Shown in pieces: positions 11,050 through 24,011 of a stretch of 64,000 bases of DNA. The translations under genes were made by a program, and so were the position numbers. The notes below the pieces were generated by a model. It was not told the origin of the DNA and made no database searches. It saw nothing but the letters and a program-made list of their open reading frames with translations. Numbering within the stretch: the stretch's first letter is position 1; each line of letters begins with the position of its first letter. The DNA is from Bugula neritina (lineage: Eukaryota; Animalia; Bryozoa), in the NCBI GenBank assembly GCA_964035545.1, contig OZ037765.1:35240080-35304079 (forward strand), given 5' to 3'.

Positions 11050-11970
11050 AGATAGCACTGAAATTATAAAACACAAAAGAGTTGATTCACTAAAAATACA
11101 GACCTCATAAAAGCATTTGAGTATTTAATTTAGTATGGATTTTAATTTCTGCATGGCTCAAAATAAACACTAAATGTTTCTAAAACCTTTATCTGTAAAT
11201 AATTTAGAAATCATAAAAAATGGCTGACAAGGAAGGCTTAGAGAAATGCTTTTAAGATGATTCAAACACATTTCAATTCTATCTAAGTTTTGTATTATTT
11301 TACTGAAATTATAAGAAATGAATGCAAGCGTTTTTAAACTAAATATTTAGCAGTTTTATAGTCTACTAAACTGAATCACTATTTAGTGTCAGCTTCTAAC
11401 GAGGAATATCAGCTTAGTTAATGTTGTAAAATAGTAAGAGAAATTACTTTTAGAATAATATATCATAACTCTGCAACTCTGCATATTACATTTACCACTA
11501 TAGTAATATTATGTTACATTTTATTATTATTTCTAAACATAGAATTGTTTTACTTGCAGTTATTCTGTATCCCCTTTCCTAATGTAGGTTACTATTTAGA
11601 CTCCATTACTAGTTCTGTCAATTTGAACTCTGCGTGGTAGTATTTTTCAGTGGCTTTGATATATAATTAGAAATTATTAATCTTTCTTACAACTTATATG
11701 CCTATTTTGTGTGAAGAAAATATAATATTCTGTGAAAACTTGCAGTTCGAGAAGTGTTTAATGTTTTACAGCTGGCATTTTAAAAAGTTGAAGCAGCAGT
11801 TTAAATGACTATCAATTTAAAATCTAGAATTTTACTAAACCGGCAACAATTATGACATTAACATGATATTATATATCTGCTGAGAAGTAATACGTATGTC
11901 AAATGTTACCAACTAGGTTGGAGTGTGAAGAGAACTGTCTCAGAGTAACTTAATTGTTTCATATATATAA

Positions 11971-12074
<104 letters not shown>

Positions 12075-12395
12075 CCTGTGGTCCTGTGTGCAGGTATGAT
12101 AGCTACATAGTAGCTAGTTGGGATAACTCCAGGTCTTACAATAATGTAGACTGTTATCTAAACCTTGTAATGTGTCAGCTAGTATAACAGTCACAGCATC
12201 ATATCCTGTTCCTTGTCATGAGATGAAGATACAGAGTCAGAAACTAACCAGAGTCCATAAGTTGCTGGATATATCAGATAACATAAGTCGTGGAGAAGTT
12301 TATATACATACCTATATAACAAAGATCTCTTGGAAAGCACAGTTGGTACATAATAATATAAACATTGATGTCTTTATGATAAGTTGTCTGTGACA

Positions 12396-13343
12396 CACAG
12401 AGTATATATACATGATAGATAACTCCTGTGTAATGGCCTACAGAGTATATATACATGGTAGATAACTCCTATGTAATACAGAGTAAATATACATGGTAGA
12501 TAACTCCTGTGTAATACAGAGTAAATATACATGATAGATAACTCCTATGTAATACAGAGTAAATATACATGGTAGATAACTCCTGTGTAATACAGAGTAA
12601 ATATACATGGTAGATAACTCCTATGTAATACAGAGTAAATATACATGATAGATAACTTCTATGTAATACAGAGTAAATATACATGATAGATAACTTCTAT
12701 GTAATACAGAGTAAATATACATGATAGATAACTCCTATGTAATACAGAGTAAATATACATGGTAGATAACTCCTATGTAATACAGAGTAAATATACATGG
12801 TAGATAACTCCTATGTAATACAGAGTATATATACATGGTAGATAACTCCTATGTAATACAGAGTAAATATACATGGTAGATAACTCCTATGTAATACAGA
12901 GTAAATATACATGGTAGATAACTCCCATATGTAATACAGAGTAAATATACATGGTAGCTAACTCCCATATGTAATACAGAGTAAATATACATGGTAGATA
13001 ACTCCCATATGTAATACAGAGTATATATACATGGTAGATAACTCCTATGTAATACAGAGTATATATACATGATAGATAACTTCTATGTAATACAGAGTAA
13101 ATATACATGATAGATAACTTCTATGTAATACAGAGTAAATATACATGGTAGCTAACTCCCATATGTAATACAGAGTAAATATACATGGTAGATAACTCCC
13201 ATATGTAATACAGAGTAAATATACATGGTAGATAACTCCCATATGTAATACAGAGTATATATACATGGTAGATAACTCCCATATGTAATACAGAGTAAAT
13301 ATACATGGTAGCTAACTCCCATATGTAATACAGAGTAAATATA
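12396..13343. repeat. 38/40-bp minisatellite (~24 copies)
   Basis: Unit gtaatacagagtaaatatacatggtagataactcc(ca)tat. Confidence 0.95.
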
Positions 13344-13829
13344 CTATTATATAGTCATTATGTAGTCATGTATATAACTATATACTAACTAATACTATAA
13401 CTATATAGGCCTACTAACCTGTAACATATGGTGGATAGTACATGTATATAACTGTGCACTGTACATGCACTGTGCTACCAGTAATACCAACATGAAAGAT
13501 CATGTTGGCACAAACTCAAATATTTATAAACAATCTGTCATGTTGATAGAATTCCCTTGCAAGCTACAGGACAGTATAGCGCACTATGTAAATATCCTGT
13601 AGCCTGTCACTATGTGCAGTATAGCTAGCAGTATTCTCATTATATCATATCTATATTCAGTCATCTCAACTGCACTCTCTTCCATAACTTATACCTTCTG
13701 CTACGAAATACACCTTATAATACTGAAAGAGATTGGTAATCATTCTTACTTCCTATGTAGATTTAGAGTTACAATTTTCTTATTGATTGAGTTACAAACA
13801 TATTAAGAGACATAATTGGTAACTATCTA

Positions 13830-14252
13830 TAGTATTATATAGTCATATTGTATAGTATATTATAGTATTATATAGTCATATTGTATAGTATATTGTAGTA
13901 TTATATAGTCATATTGTATAGTATATTATAGTATTATATAGTCATATTGTATAGTATATTATAGTATTGTATAGTCATATTGTATAGTATATTATAGTAT
14001 TATATAGTCATTATATTGTATAGTATATTATAGTATTATATAGTCATATTGTATAGTATATTATAGTATTACATAGTCATGTTGTATAGTATATTATAGT
14101 ATTATATAGTAATGTTGTATAGTATGTTATAGTATTATATAGTCATATTGTATAGTGTATTATAGTATTATATAGTCATGTTGTATAGTATATTTTAGTA
14201 ATATTATATAGTCATATTGTATAGTATATTATAGTATTATATAGTCATATTA
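13830..14252. repeat. 33-bp AT-rich minisatellite (~13 copies)
   Basis: Unit tagtattatatagtcatattgtatagtatatta. Confidence 0.92.
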
Positions 14253-14435
14253 GTATACCATGCAAGTGTATTTAAGGTTGGAGTTTGACCTGTACTCAGT
14301 TACTTAACCACTCACTATCAGTTAATGTAAACATTACTTAGTATATCCTCTGATAAGGTAACTTTACTTTACTCTGTTACTCTGTAGTTACAGTCTACAC
14401 AGTGTCACACAGGCACACAGTTTACAGAATACAGT

Positions 14436-14454
14436 ATGGAGTCTGCAGTAACAG
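14436..14454 (+). CDS. Putative first coding exon of LRR gene (MESAVT-G)
   Basis: ATG in agtATGG context, then acag|gtaggt donor; phase 1 matches the exon at 15874. Confidence 0.55.
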
Positions 14455-14728
14455 GTAGGTGTGGCTATGGTTGAATTCTCAAACATTATAATATAGTATA
14501 TATTATATTATATGTTATAATATAGCATTTAGGATTGTCGTATTTCTGGGTTGTGATATGAACAAGATGGAATAAAATATGTACACAAAAATGTTTTTTA
14601 ATCGGAAAATGTTTTTATTCAAAAGAATCACTGTCTATATATTTTATAAGTTTATCAGAAGATTTAAAATGAAGAGATGAATGGGTTTACATCAGTTCTA
14701 TCTCTTATATCAGTCTATATTCAAGTCA

Positions 14729-15726
14729 GTAGACACACAGACAGACTACTTACTGTAGACACACAGACAGACTACTTACTGTAGACACACAGACAGACTA
14801 CTTTTACTGTAGACACACAGACAGACTACTTACTGTAGACACACAGACAGACAACTTACTGTAGACACACAGACAGACTACTTACTGTAGACACACAGAC
14901 AGACTACATACTGTAGACACACAGACAGACTACTTACTGTAGACACACAGACGGACTACTTTTACTGTAGACACACAGACAGACTACTTACTGTAGACAT
15001 ACAGACAGACAACTTACTGTAGACACACAGACAGAATACTTATTGTAGACACACAGACAGACTACTTAGTCTAGGGCCACACTGTGCGTATTTTCGCATG
15101 CGAAAGTTGAAACCACAAGTAGCAAAGGTGTCCACTGTAGCGTCAGTGATGCGGGATAAATAAAGTTTTCATTTTTAAATCGCACTCGCTTTCAATAAAA
15201 CACAATTTACTGGAATGTAGCACTAAAATAAAGGAATCGGGCTCGCTGAATAACTACCAGCCAATTAGGTGACGGAGACAGAGACGATTCGCACTTCGTT
15301 CAGAATGCTGAGCGACAAGTGCGAATGTTTTCTCAACACATACAGTGGACACCTTTGCTACTTGTGGTTTAAATGTTCGCATGCGAAAATACGCACAGTG
15401 TGACCTTAGGCTTACTGTAGACACACAGACAGACTAATTATACTGTAGACACACAGACAGACTACTTACTGTAGACACACAGACAGACTACTCAATGTAG
15501 ACACACAGACAGACTACTTACTGTAGACACACAGGCAGACTTCTTACTGTAGACACACAGACAGACTACTCACTGTAGACACACAGACAGACTACTTCCT
15601 GTAGACACACAGACAGACTACTTACTGTAGACACACAGACAGACTACTTACTGTAGACACACAGACAGACTACTTACTGTAGACACACAGACAGGCTACT
15701 TACTGTAGACACACAGACAGACTATT
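14729..15726. repeat. 26-bp minisatellite interrupted by a MITE
   Basis: Unit gtagacacacagacagactacttact on both sides of 15069-15411. Confidence 0.95.
15069..15411. mobile_element. Non-autonomous DNA transposon (MITE), PIF/Harbinger-like
   Basis: ~70-bp TIRs (gtctagggccacactgtgcgtattttcgcatgcgaa... / ...ttcgcatgcgaaaatacgcacagtgtgaccttaggc) and a TTA target-site duplication (15066-15068, 15412-15414). Confidence 0.85.
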
Positions 15727-15873
15727 TATAGTGCATGTGTATATACTGCTATTGTCAGCTCAACACACACATCAGAGTCACAGAGTGAAACTGGATATAA
15801 ATAAGATGTTTTGCTCAGTTATTCAGAGTTCATTTATTTTTTATTAATTTTTGTGAATATCATATAATTATAG

Positions 15874-16102
15874 GGGAATACAGAGTCTGGTTCAGACACT
15901 CCGGAGAGGATCCACCTGATGACAAATGGTATCGAAGTGACACAAGAAAACAGACCATAGAGGGTATAAAGGAAAAGGTTAAAGGTCACACAATCACCCA
16001 CATGATAGTAGATGGAAATCTACCAGATAATATTCATCTACTGGCTCCAGAGTTGAGTCACCTGATCGTGAAGAATGTGAAATCTGTCTCTAACCTGTCT
16101 GT
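15874..16102 (+). CDS. LRR gene exon 2 (N-terminal cap and degenerate first LRRs)
   Basis: GEYRVWFRHSGEDPPDDKWYRSDTRKQTIEGIKEKVKGHTITHMIVDGNLPDNIHLLAPELSHLIVKNVKSVSNLSV. tatag acceptor and gtaagt donor; phase 1 in, phase 2 out, matching the LRR exons. Confidence 0.72.
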
Positions 16103-17788
16103 GTAAGTCTCAGATTATTATTATGGTGTTTAGGTAAAATAAAATAAGAATATTTTCAGTGGAGGTGCCCACGTGCACAAATAGGCAGGTGGAGCACATC
16201 AATACCAACATTTTCACCACCAAGCCAACATTCTTTGTTTTGTATCTAGAGTTCTCAATAAAAGAGGTAAATTTGCAGGGGTCAGGCAATTTTCAAGGAG
16301 ATATGATGGAATTTTAGATATGTAATTATTTGAGTGATTTAAGTTTTTTATTTAAATTTTTTTCATACAAATCCTGACTAAAGATTGACATGTGGACAGA
16401 GCCTATGACACAATGTGTTGCTGTTTTTCTGGAAATTCCTGATGTTCTCTGAGCTGACACTTTTGTTCCAGCATCTAGATTAATAAACTTTAGGATGTTA
16501 TGAGCACTCCATAGTGTCCTCTTAACTCCAGTTCATTCTGACAAATACTACTTCTTCTATCTCTCTAGAAATTAAAATTTTTGTTATATGTAGACACTCT
16601 ATAGTGTTTCCTTAACCCCACCAATTTCTATTCCAGTTTGACAAATGGAACTTTTTCTGCAGCTCTGAAAATTAAAGATTTCAAAATCAGAGTTAGCCCC
16701 CCATTTTCACCCAATATTATTGTGTTTTATCAATTGGGTTAATATTATTCTGGTGTAAACTAACCTTTAGATAGGAATGATGAGCTGATTAAAATTAATA
16801 TACAGAGAGTGGTTATTGGCTGATGAGTTATGTCTTTAGATTTTTCTGTATCATGGTCAAAATAAGAAGAGGTCCTTTTGTTACACTAAATACTTATCGA
16901 ATTATCTACCGACTATAGATAAACAAAAAGTTGAATATGTAATACATGTTGGCGCAGTGGTTTTGTAATGTATAACATGTTACATACAGTGTATAGTTTC
17001 TTAGAATAAAGAGTTGTATATGAAATAGACTAATATGTTGCTAGCTATTTCTTAGGACAATATAAAAACATATTTTGTTCTTATGTCTAAATACATTTCC
17101 GACTTTTCTAGCCAACAGAAAGTTAATTCATTACATTATTAGAAACATATTTCCAAAGAGTAATGTAGCTCAAAGTAACGGCTATTACTGTTAGAGTTAA
17201 AATTTGACAGAGCTCTTTATTGCACTGAATATTACAAGCAAGGGAATGAAGAACAACAAAAAAAAAAAGAAAAGTATAAAGTAAATAGCTATAAACTTGC
17301 TATTACAGAAAAGCAGCTAAGTACAATAGGCATAAGCTAAGAAACAAAAGCACATTGAAATAACATCAACCGATTCAATGTGTGGCTATAAACATATTGT
17401 AGTGAATTTCGCAATTCACTATATTATGTGGGTCGACTTATACAAAGCTACTACACCAGGTTATTTACGTTATTACAAGTTTATTATTTACAAGATACAA
17501 GAATTGAATTACTACTAACATGAATTGAACGATTACATAATAAGTGAGCCTTTACACACAACTACTCTAAGCGAAGCCCCAAGCTGCTCTGCCCGGCTAG
17601 CTACTTAGCGTGCTTCCACTACGAGTAGTTAGCTCCACCTGCTATCAATTAACACTCAGTCCTGATTGGCTGGTATTAGTGGTGCCACTGTCGACCATAA
17701 GATACAAGTCGCAGGAGGTCGATGTAATCGATCTCCACAATAGCATACAATATAGAGTTGACCCTTTCAATATAATACTAATAATAAA

Positions 17789-18213
17789 TTGGGTCATTTT
17801 ACTTAATTTAGTACACACTGGATATCTTCAGTTTTTGGCTATTTTTCACAATTTAGCTGGTAATGAACATGGTTTTTTGGCCGAAACTAGTGAAACACCA
17901 ACAAATACACCTAAATAATCAAAGTTCTTTTTAATTTTGCTTCATTCCCTATGTTTTTTCCTAATTATTCAGCTAGTTTTGGTTACGGACCGTTACGTTT
18001 TTTTCGTAACGGTCGCACATATAGAATATTAAGTGCATATGACAATGACCAGTGCTTTAATGTTGGGGAATCCCCTCCCAGCCTTTTCTGTTATGCGTAG
18101 TTAAAACCAGCACATAAAAAGACCATGTATAGTAAATTTCAATTAATTTTGAGCAAACTTTAGTATTAGGTCATAAGTTGCTGGTGTGTACTAAATGAAG
18201 TAAACTGAATCAA
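17789..18213. mobile_element. MITE family X, copy 1, inserted in the Gypsy 3' LTR
   Basis: Absent from the other LTR; imperfect ~28-bp TIRs ttgggtcattttacttaatttagtacac / gtgtactaaatgaagtaaactgaatcaa. Confidence 0.8.
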
Positions 18214-19464
18214 TTGCACCACTGAAATCCATTACACTCGCCACACCAATCGAAAGGTACACTCTATGATTAATTCTTGTATGACAACATTATAAAAATT
18301 AAAAATATTGAAAAGTAGACAAGAATAAAAGAACACAAAATAACATCAGGATAACATAATCAAGTGATTTACATAACATTAACAAAACGATCGATTAATG
18401 GCCCGTCGCAGGGTCGAAGTGTCTCTCACCCGATAACGTAAGGCAGCATAAAGGGGATGGGGAAGGACTGTATCACACTCACATAGTTCGAACCAAGCAA
18501 TGGGTGGCGTCGAGAAGCCACCAGAAGAATCAAGCGTGGCAAAGGAATCTCCCCAAGGGGGGGGGAGAAAAAGAAGGGGGGGTTGACTGGTCTCTTTCTA
18601 GAGGGTCGTGTCGAACACCAACATCCACACTGATCACCGTCGAATTCCCAAAGGGGAGAATTTAAAGTTTCTTTATCTTGGCTTTCACCTTTAATTATTA
18701 ACTTTCATGCAGGATTCTTTTAATATTACTTATTACATTTATTACTTCTTATTATTACGATTTGCTCCCTCCTTGCAGTATTATTACGTCGTCGCTATGA
18801 CGAAAAGAGAGAAGAACTCCTCTGTCTAGTTGCATCTCTGCACCTCCCTGTTGTAGGGCACCATCCGCCACAACAGTCAACAGAACTGCTATTATGGCGC
18901 TACAGGAATCAAGTCAAGCAGTCAACATCGCAGTCGACAAATTAATGTAATGAGTGATGGGTAACTGCGGGACGGTGGTGCCAGGAGAAAGAACATGCCA
19001 TTAAAGTATCACCTGCAACAGAATGCCAGAAACTGTTGAAGGGGTTTTCACCTGGTCAGTACGACACCTCGACTGAGTCTCGCAATCTACTAACCACTGA
19101 TTATTACTAAATCATGCGGTCGATTGCCCCACTCAAGTCGTCAGTGAAATCACCTGACTTGGGAAACCAGCTTTATCAGTATGATAAAGCGAGACTGATT
19201 TAAAGCTACCAGCTTGAATTCTACTTAAATAATAGAATTATACTAGTAGACTTACCATAGGACAGCCACGACGTTAGTCTGCTGCCCACTTAGGCCTCGT
19301 AGTACGCCAGCCTGCCGGGTACGTGCGTGCACGTTGGCAGTTGAAATAGAAAAGAACGCTCTTCGCAGTGAAAGTGATTACATAATACCCCCTTCACTAG
19401 CGAGCTGGCTTTGCTCTTTTCTTTACCCCCGGTGGTGTTACATTTACACTACTGGGTAGGCAAC

Positions 19465-22400
19465 TCACAGTTGCGTCTCCTTGTATTTCGGAAACGCAAC
19501 TCTCAATTGCTCGTCGCCCCAGATTTCTTTTATGATAGCTGATGGATGTTTTTCCACTGCATCACACAATAAATCTTTTAAATAAGATGGAGGCGCCCTA
19601 GTGCGTTGCCTACGCTCCAACTGCACTGGGGAATTTGCTACGACTGGTGACTCTTTCACCACTGGTGGTGTCGCCAGTACGGGGGGTCCACCAGTACAGG
19701 TGGTCCTCCCCAGCTGCCTCTTCCTCATGATTTTGAGGAATTTCCATCTCATCCGGGGTGATGGGCCTGTCGACCGGCTCCACAGGTGGTGGAGCTGGCT
19801 CGGACAGGTCTTCTGGTGTGTTGGCCTCCTCCTCCTGGGGTGGAGGTGGCCGGGGCAGGTCGGGCGGCGCGTCGGCCGGCGCGTCAGTCGGCGCGTTGGC
19901 CGCCCTGTCCTGATCTTGCAGTATCTCCTCTATCTCTCTATACGCCATGCCTCGCCCCCTCATAGGAGGGCGTCTAGCGGGCTCTAAGAGAGGAGGTGCT
20001 TAACCTGTTGCATCAGGACTCGCCCAGTGAGGTTTCAGCCGTGCTTCGTTCTGGACCGACACTTGTCCAGACCGTTCCACTTTATAAGTGTGATTAGGCA
20101 TCACCTCAATCACGCAGTAGGAACTTACGAACTTCGGCTGCAACTTGGCTGCCTGTCCGCGTCGCCGGCAATGACTGGTCATCCAGACCCAGTCTCCCAC
20201 CTTGTATAGGGGGGGGTCGTCAGAGTCACCACTTCTGACCTGCCATTGCTGCTCACGTAGCACCTCGTGAGCCGTCCCCATGCGCTTTATGAGCTTGTCC
20301 ACGTAATCGTGGACGTTGCTCTCCGGAGCTGGAACATGATAGGTTACGTGCTCAGGAACCCTGGTTTCTCTCCCCAGCATGAGAAAATTAGGGGTCTCCA
20401 GTGTACTGGAGTGAGGGGTACTACGGTAAGCTCGCATGATTTGCGGCAGCACCATGTCCCACTCTTCCTGGCTCCTACCGATAAGCAGGCTTCTCAGTGA
20501 GTCTCTTAGCATTCGGTTGTTCCGCTCCACAACCCCGTTCCCTTGCGGGTGATACGGGGTCGTCCGACTCTGGTTTACCCCCCACATTTTACAGAGATCG
20601 CTCATAAGTTACGACTGAAACTGGGCGCCTTGATCAGAGTGTATCTGTTCCGGCAAGCCGAAATAGCAGAACACATGCTGATCCAAAGCTCTGGCCACCG
20701 AGGGGGCCGACGCATCTGGAATAGCCAGTGCATCAGCCCACCGCGTGAAATGGTCAGCTAGTACCAGTATCCAGTTATTACCTCTCACTGTTGTGGGCAT
20801 GGGGCCTACCAGATCTACAGCAACTATTTGCCACGGACGACCGGCATGGAGGCGGCGCCTCCCTGCGGTCTCAGTGGGGCCGCCGCGCTTACTAGCTTGG
20901 CACACCTCGCACTTCCGCACCCGGAGTCGGACATCCCGGGTCATACCGGGCCAAAACCACTGAAGTTGAAGACACCTAGTCACCCGGCTAGCTCCCGCCT
21001 GAGCTTGCTTATGGGTGTCCCAGATCAACTTCCGCCTCAGAGCGGACGGGCAGACTACCTTCTCTTGTTCACTGCGATTGGTGCCGGCTGCCAACGTTAT
21101 CGTTAGCAGCCCATCGCTGTTAAACCGGAGAGAGCCCCAGCGGTCACAGAAGTACTCAAACTCTGCACTTTTTACTCGCTGTTCGGCCTTACTCGGCCGC
21201 CGTTCCTCCTTCTTGGCCCGGACTAGGTCAGCTACCACCCCTGGTAGTGTAGCCTGGAGCCGACACAGCTCTCTGACGTTCCTGAGCAGCGTGGGGTTTG
21301 CGTGAAGGTTGTTAACAGCTTCATTAGGGGATTCAAAGTTGTCCTTCTTCCTAGCTGTATACACCCGCTTTCCCCAACTGTGCTTCAACGTCCGAGCGAG
21401 GGGGTCCACCATCCTTGCGCTCAATACTCTGGCACTGCTTACACCCATCTGCCTGGCGGCCGCTGAGTTCGTCGGCGTCACCGTGTTTCTTACCGGGTTG
21501 ATGTTCGATCCGATAAGAAAACTCTGCCAGGATTTCCAGCCAGCGCACTACTTGGCTTGATGGTTCCGCCCGTCGACACAGCCATATCAAAGACGCATGA
21601 TCCGTCCGAAGCCGGAATGTGCGCCTATATAGGTATGGTCTAAAGTGTTTGACCGCCTTGACTACTGCCAAGAGTTCCCTCCTGGTTGTACAGTAGTTCT
21701 TCTCAGGCGCCGACAGGGCTTTGCTATAGTAAGCCACCGCCACCTCGCGGCCATCTTGGACATGCGACAGCACAGCCCCCACATTATGGTTACTGGCATC
21801 AGTATCCAAAATGTACTCCTTCGCAGGGTCAGGATACCCCAAGATGGGTGCTTCCACCAGGCGATCCTTTACGTGGTCAAATGCCTTCTGCTTGGCCTGT
21901 GTCCACTGCCATCGCACCCCTTTTGCTGTCAGCCGATTTAACGGCTGTGCAATTCCGGCGAAGCCTGGTATGTACTGACGATAGTACCCTACCAGTCCCA
22001 GGAATGCCCGCAATTCAGGGAGGTCGACAGGGACAGCCCAGTCCCTCACAGCCCGTACCTTCTCGGGGTCGGTGGCGACCCCGTCTCGACCAACTACATG
22101 GCCCAGGTACTTAACCTCGCGATGCAATAATGCACACTTAGAGGGCTTGAGCTTCAGACCAGCAGCTCGAAGTCCGTCAAACACCTCCCTGAGTCGACTG
22201 ACATGTGTGTCGAAGTCGGGGGAGATGACAATGACATCATCGAGGTAGATGAGCAAGGTCTTCCAGTGTAGCCCACTCAGGACCTGCTCCATGAGTCGCT
22301 GGAAGGTGGCCGGTGCGGGCGTAAGTCCGAATGGCAACACCTTCCATTTCCAGAGCCCATCCCGCGTAATAAACGCGGCCTTGTCCTGTGCTTCAGGAAT

Positions 22401-23400
22401 CAGGGGCACCTGCCAATACCTGCTTAACAAGTCCAACGTGCTGAAGAACTTGCTACCAGCTAAGGCATCGAGCGACTCATCGATCTTAGGAAGAGGGTAA
22501 GCGTCCTGGATGGTCATGCTGTTCAGCCTGCGATAATCAACGCAAAACCTCCACCTCCGATCCTTTTTCCGAACCAGGACAACTGGAGAACTCCAGGCCC
22601 CATGGCCTGGCTCAATCAGGTCCCGGTTCAGAAGGTCTTGCACCTGAGGGCTCACTTTTCTCTCCTTCTCAGGACCTAACCGGCGGGTCGGCTGCCAGAT
22701 GGGCGCCGCCCCCGCCGCCAGGGGTATCTCATGACAGACAGTCTTAGTCAGACCCATGTCGTGGTCGCCGCAACTGAACACGTCCTTGTACTCAGAGAGT
22801 AGCCGCGCCATCATCAGGCGTTCTCGCTTGCTCTCACAGCCATCACAGGCATCCTCGTTCAACTCCGCTACGTGTTCAGGCACCGGCCCCCTGCTGTCTC
22901 TAGTGGGTACCCCAGGGGCTTTGTCTGCTGTCTCCAGCGCGGCCCTACATCCTCCTCCTGTACGGAGTGCAACTTCCCCACTAGAGACCCAGCCGGCAAT
23001 TCTACCGGCTCCGTGAAAGGATTTACGCACTGGACCAGGAACTTCCCCGCTCATCCAGTCTATTCAGACTGTTGGCGAGCTGGACGCCCCCCAATGCACC
23101 TTCCACCACTCCTAGCTCGGAGATTTCTCTACAGTTCACTCTGCAGCAAACTGTAGCTCGGGAGCGCCCAGGTACAGTACAACGCTACACCACCTGCACT
23201 CCCCCCACCAAGGGTCGGCCAAGTCGGTCGACACAGGCCAGCTCACGTCTGGCCATCACCACCGCCGACTTGCTAAAGTCGATGTAGCACCTGTGTCGCT
23301 TCAGAAATGGCATGCCCAAGATGGCGTCCTCCTTGAGTTGACTGACGATGAAGGTCTCACTGATCGTCTGATCACTGACTCTACCAGTCAACTGGATTAC
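19465..23400 (-). pseudogene. pol: Gypsy pol (protease remnant, RT, RNase H, integrase, Pro-rich tail), disrupted
   Basis: RFCVDYRRLN, LPFGL, YLDD, TDAS, DLVGP, HSDQG and PYHPQGNGVVER motifs spread across several frames. Confidence 0.93.
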
Positions 23401-24011
23401 CCCATAGAAAGGAAACCCGCAAGTGGTACCTGTTCATAGGCAGCGCTGGGCCGCCTACGTGATCTTCCTCTATTACGCGTCGTCCTCGACAGCCATCTTC
23501 TTTCTACTCCCTGGCTAGGAGCATTTGTATTAAGTGGGATCCCACCGCTGCCACCACTGTAGTGAATTTCGCAATTCACTATATTATGTGGGTCGACTTA
23601 TACAAAGCTACTACACCAGGTTATTTAGGTTATCACAAGTTTATTATTTACAAGATACAAGAATTGAATTACTACTAACATGAATTGAACCATTACATAA
23701 TAATGAGCACTTTGCACACAACTACTCTAAGCGAAGTCCCAAGCTGCTCTGCCCAGCTAGCTACTTAGCGTGCTTCTACTACGAGTAGCGAGCTCCACCT
23801 GCTATCAATTAACAGTCAGTCCTGATTGGCTGGTATTAGTGGTGCCACTGTCGACCATAAGATACAAGTCGGCTGGAAGTTGATATAGTCTATCTCCATA
23901 ATAGCATACAACATAGAGTCGACCCTTTCGATATATAACTAACAATCAATTGCACTACTGATATCCATTACAATATTTACTGTCAACACTCCCACTAACT
24001 CCACATTGAAT

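Larger units (their letters stand above)
17398..23972 (-). mobile_element. Ty3/Gypsy LTR retrotransposon (gag deleted, pol frameshifted) nested in the Copia 3' LTR
   Basis: LTRs 17398-18236 and 23558-23972 (TGTA...TACA); ATAT TSD at 17394-17397 and 23973-23976; PBS tggtggcagcggtgggat (23539-23556), complementary to the tRNA-Leu 3' end. Confidence 0.95.

Noticed and set aside
12396-15726. Regular 26-40 bp repeats resembling CRISPR arrays
   Set aside because: Head-to-tail units with no unique spacers, no cas genes, eukaryotic context
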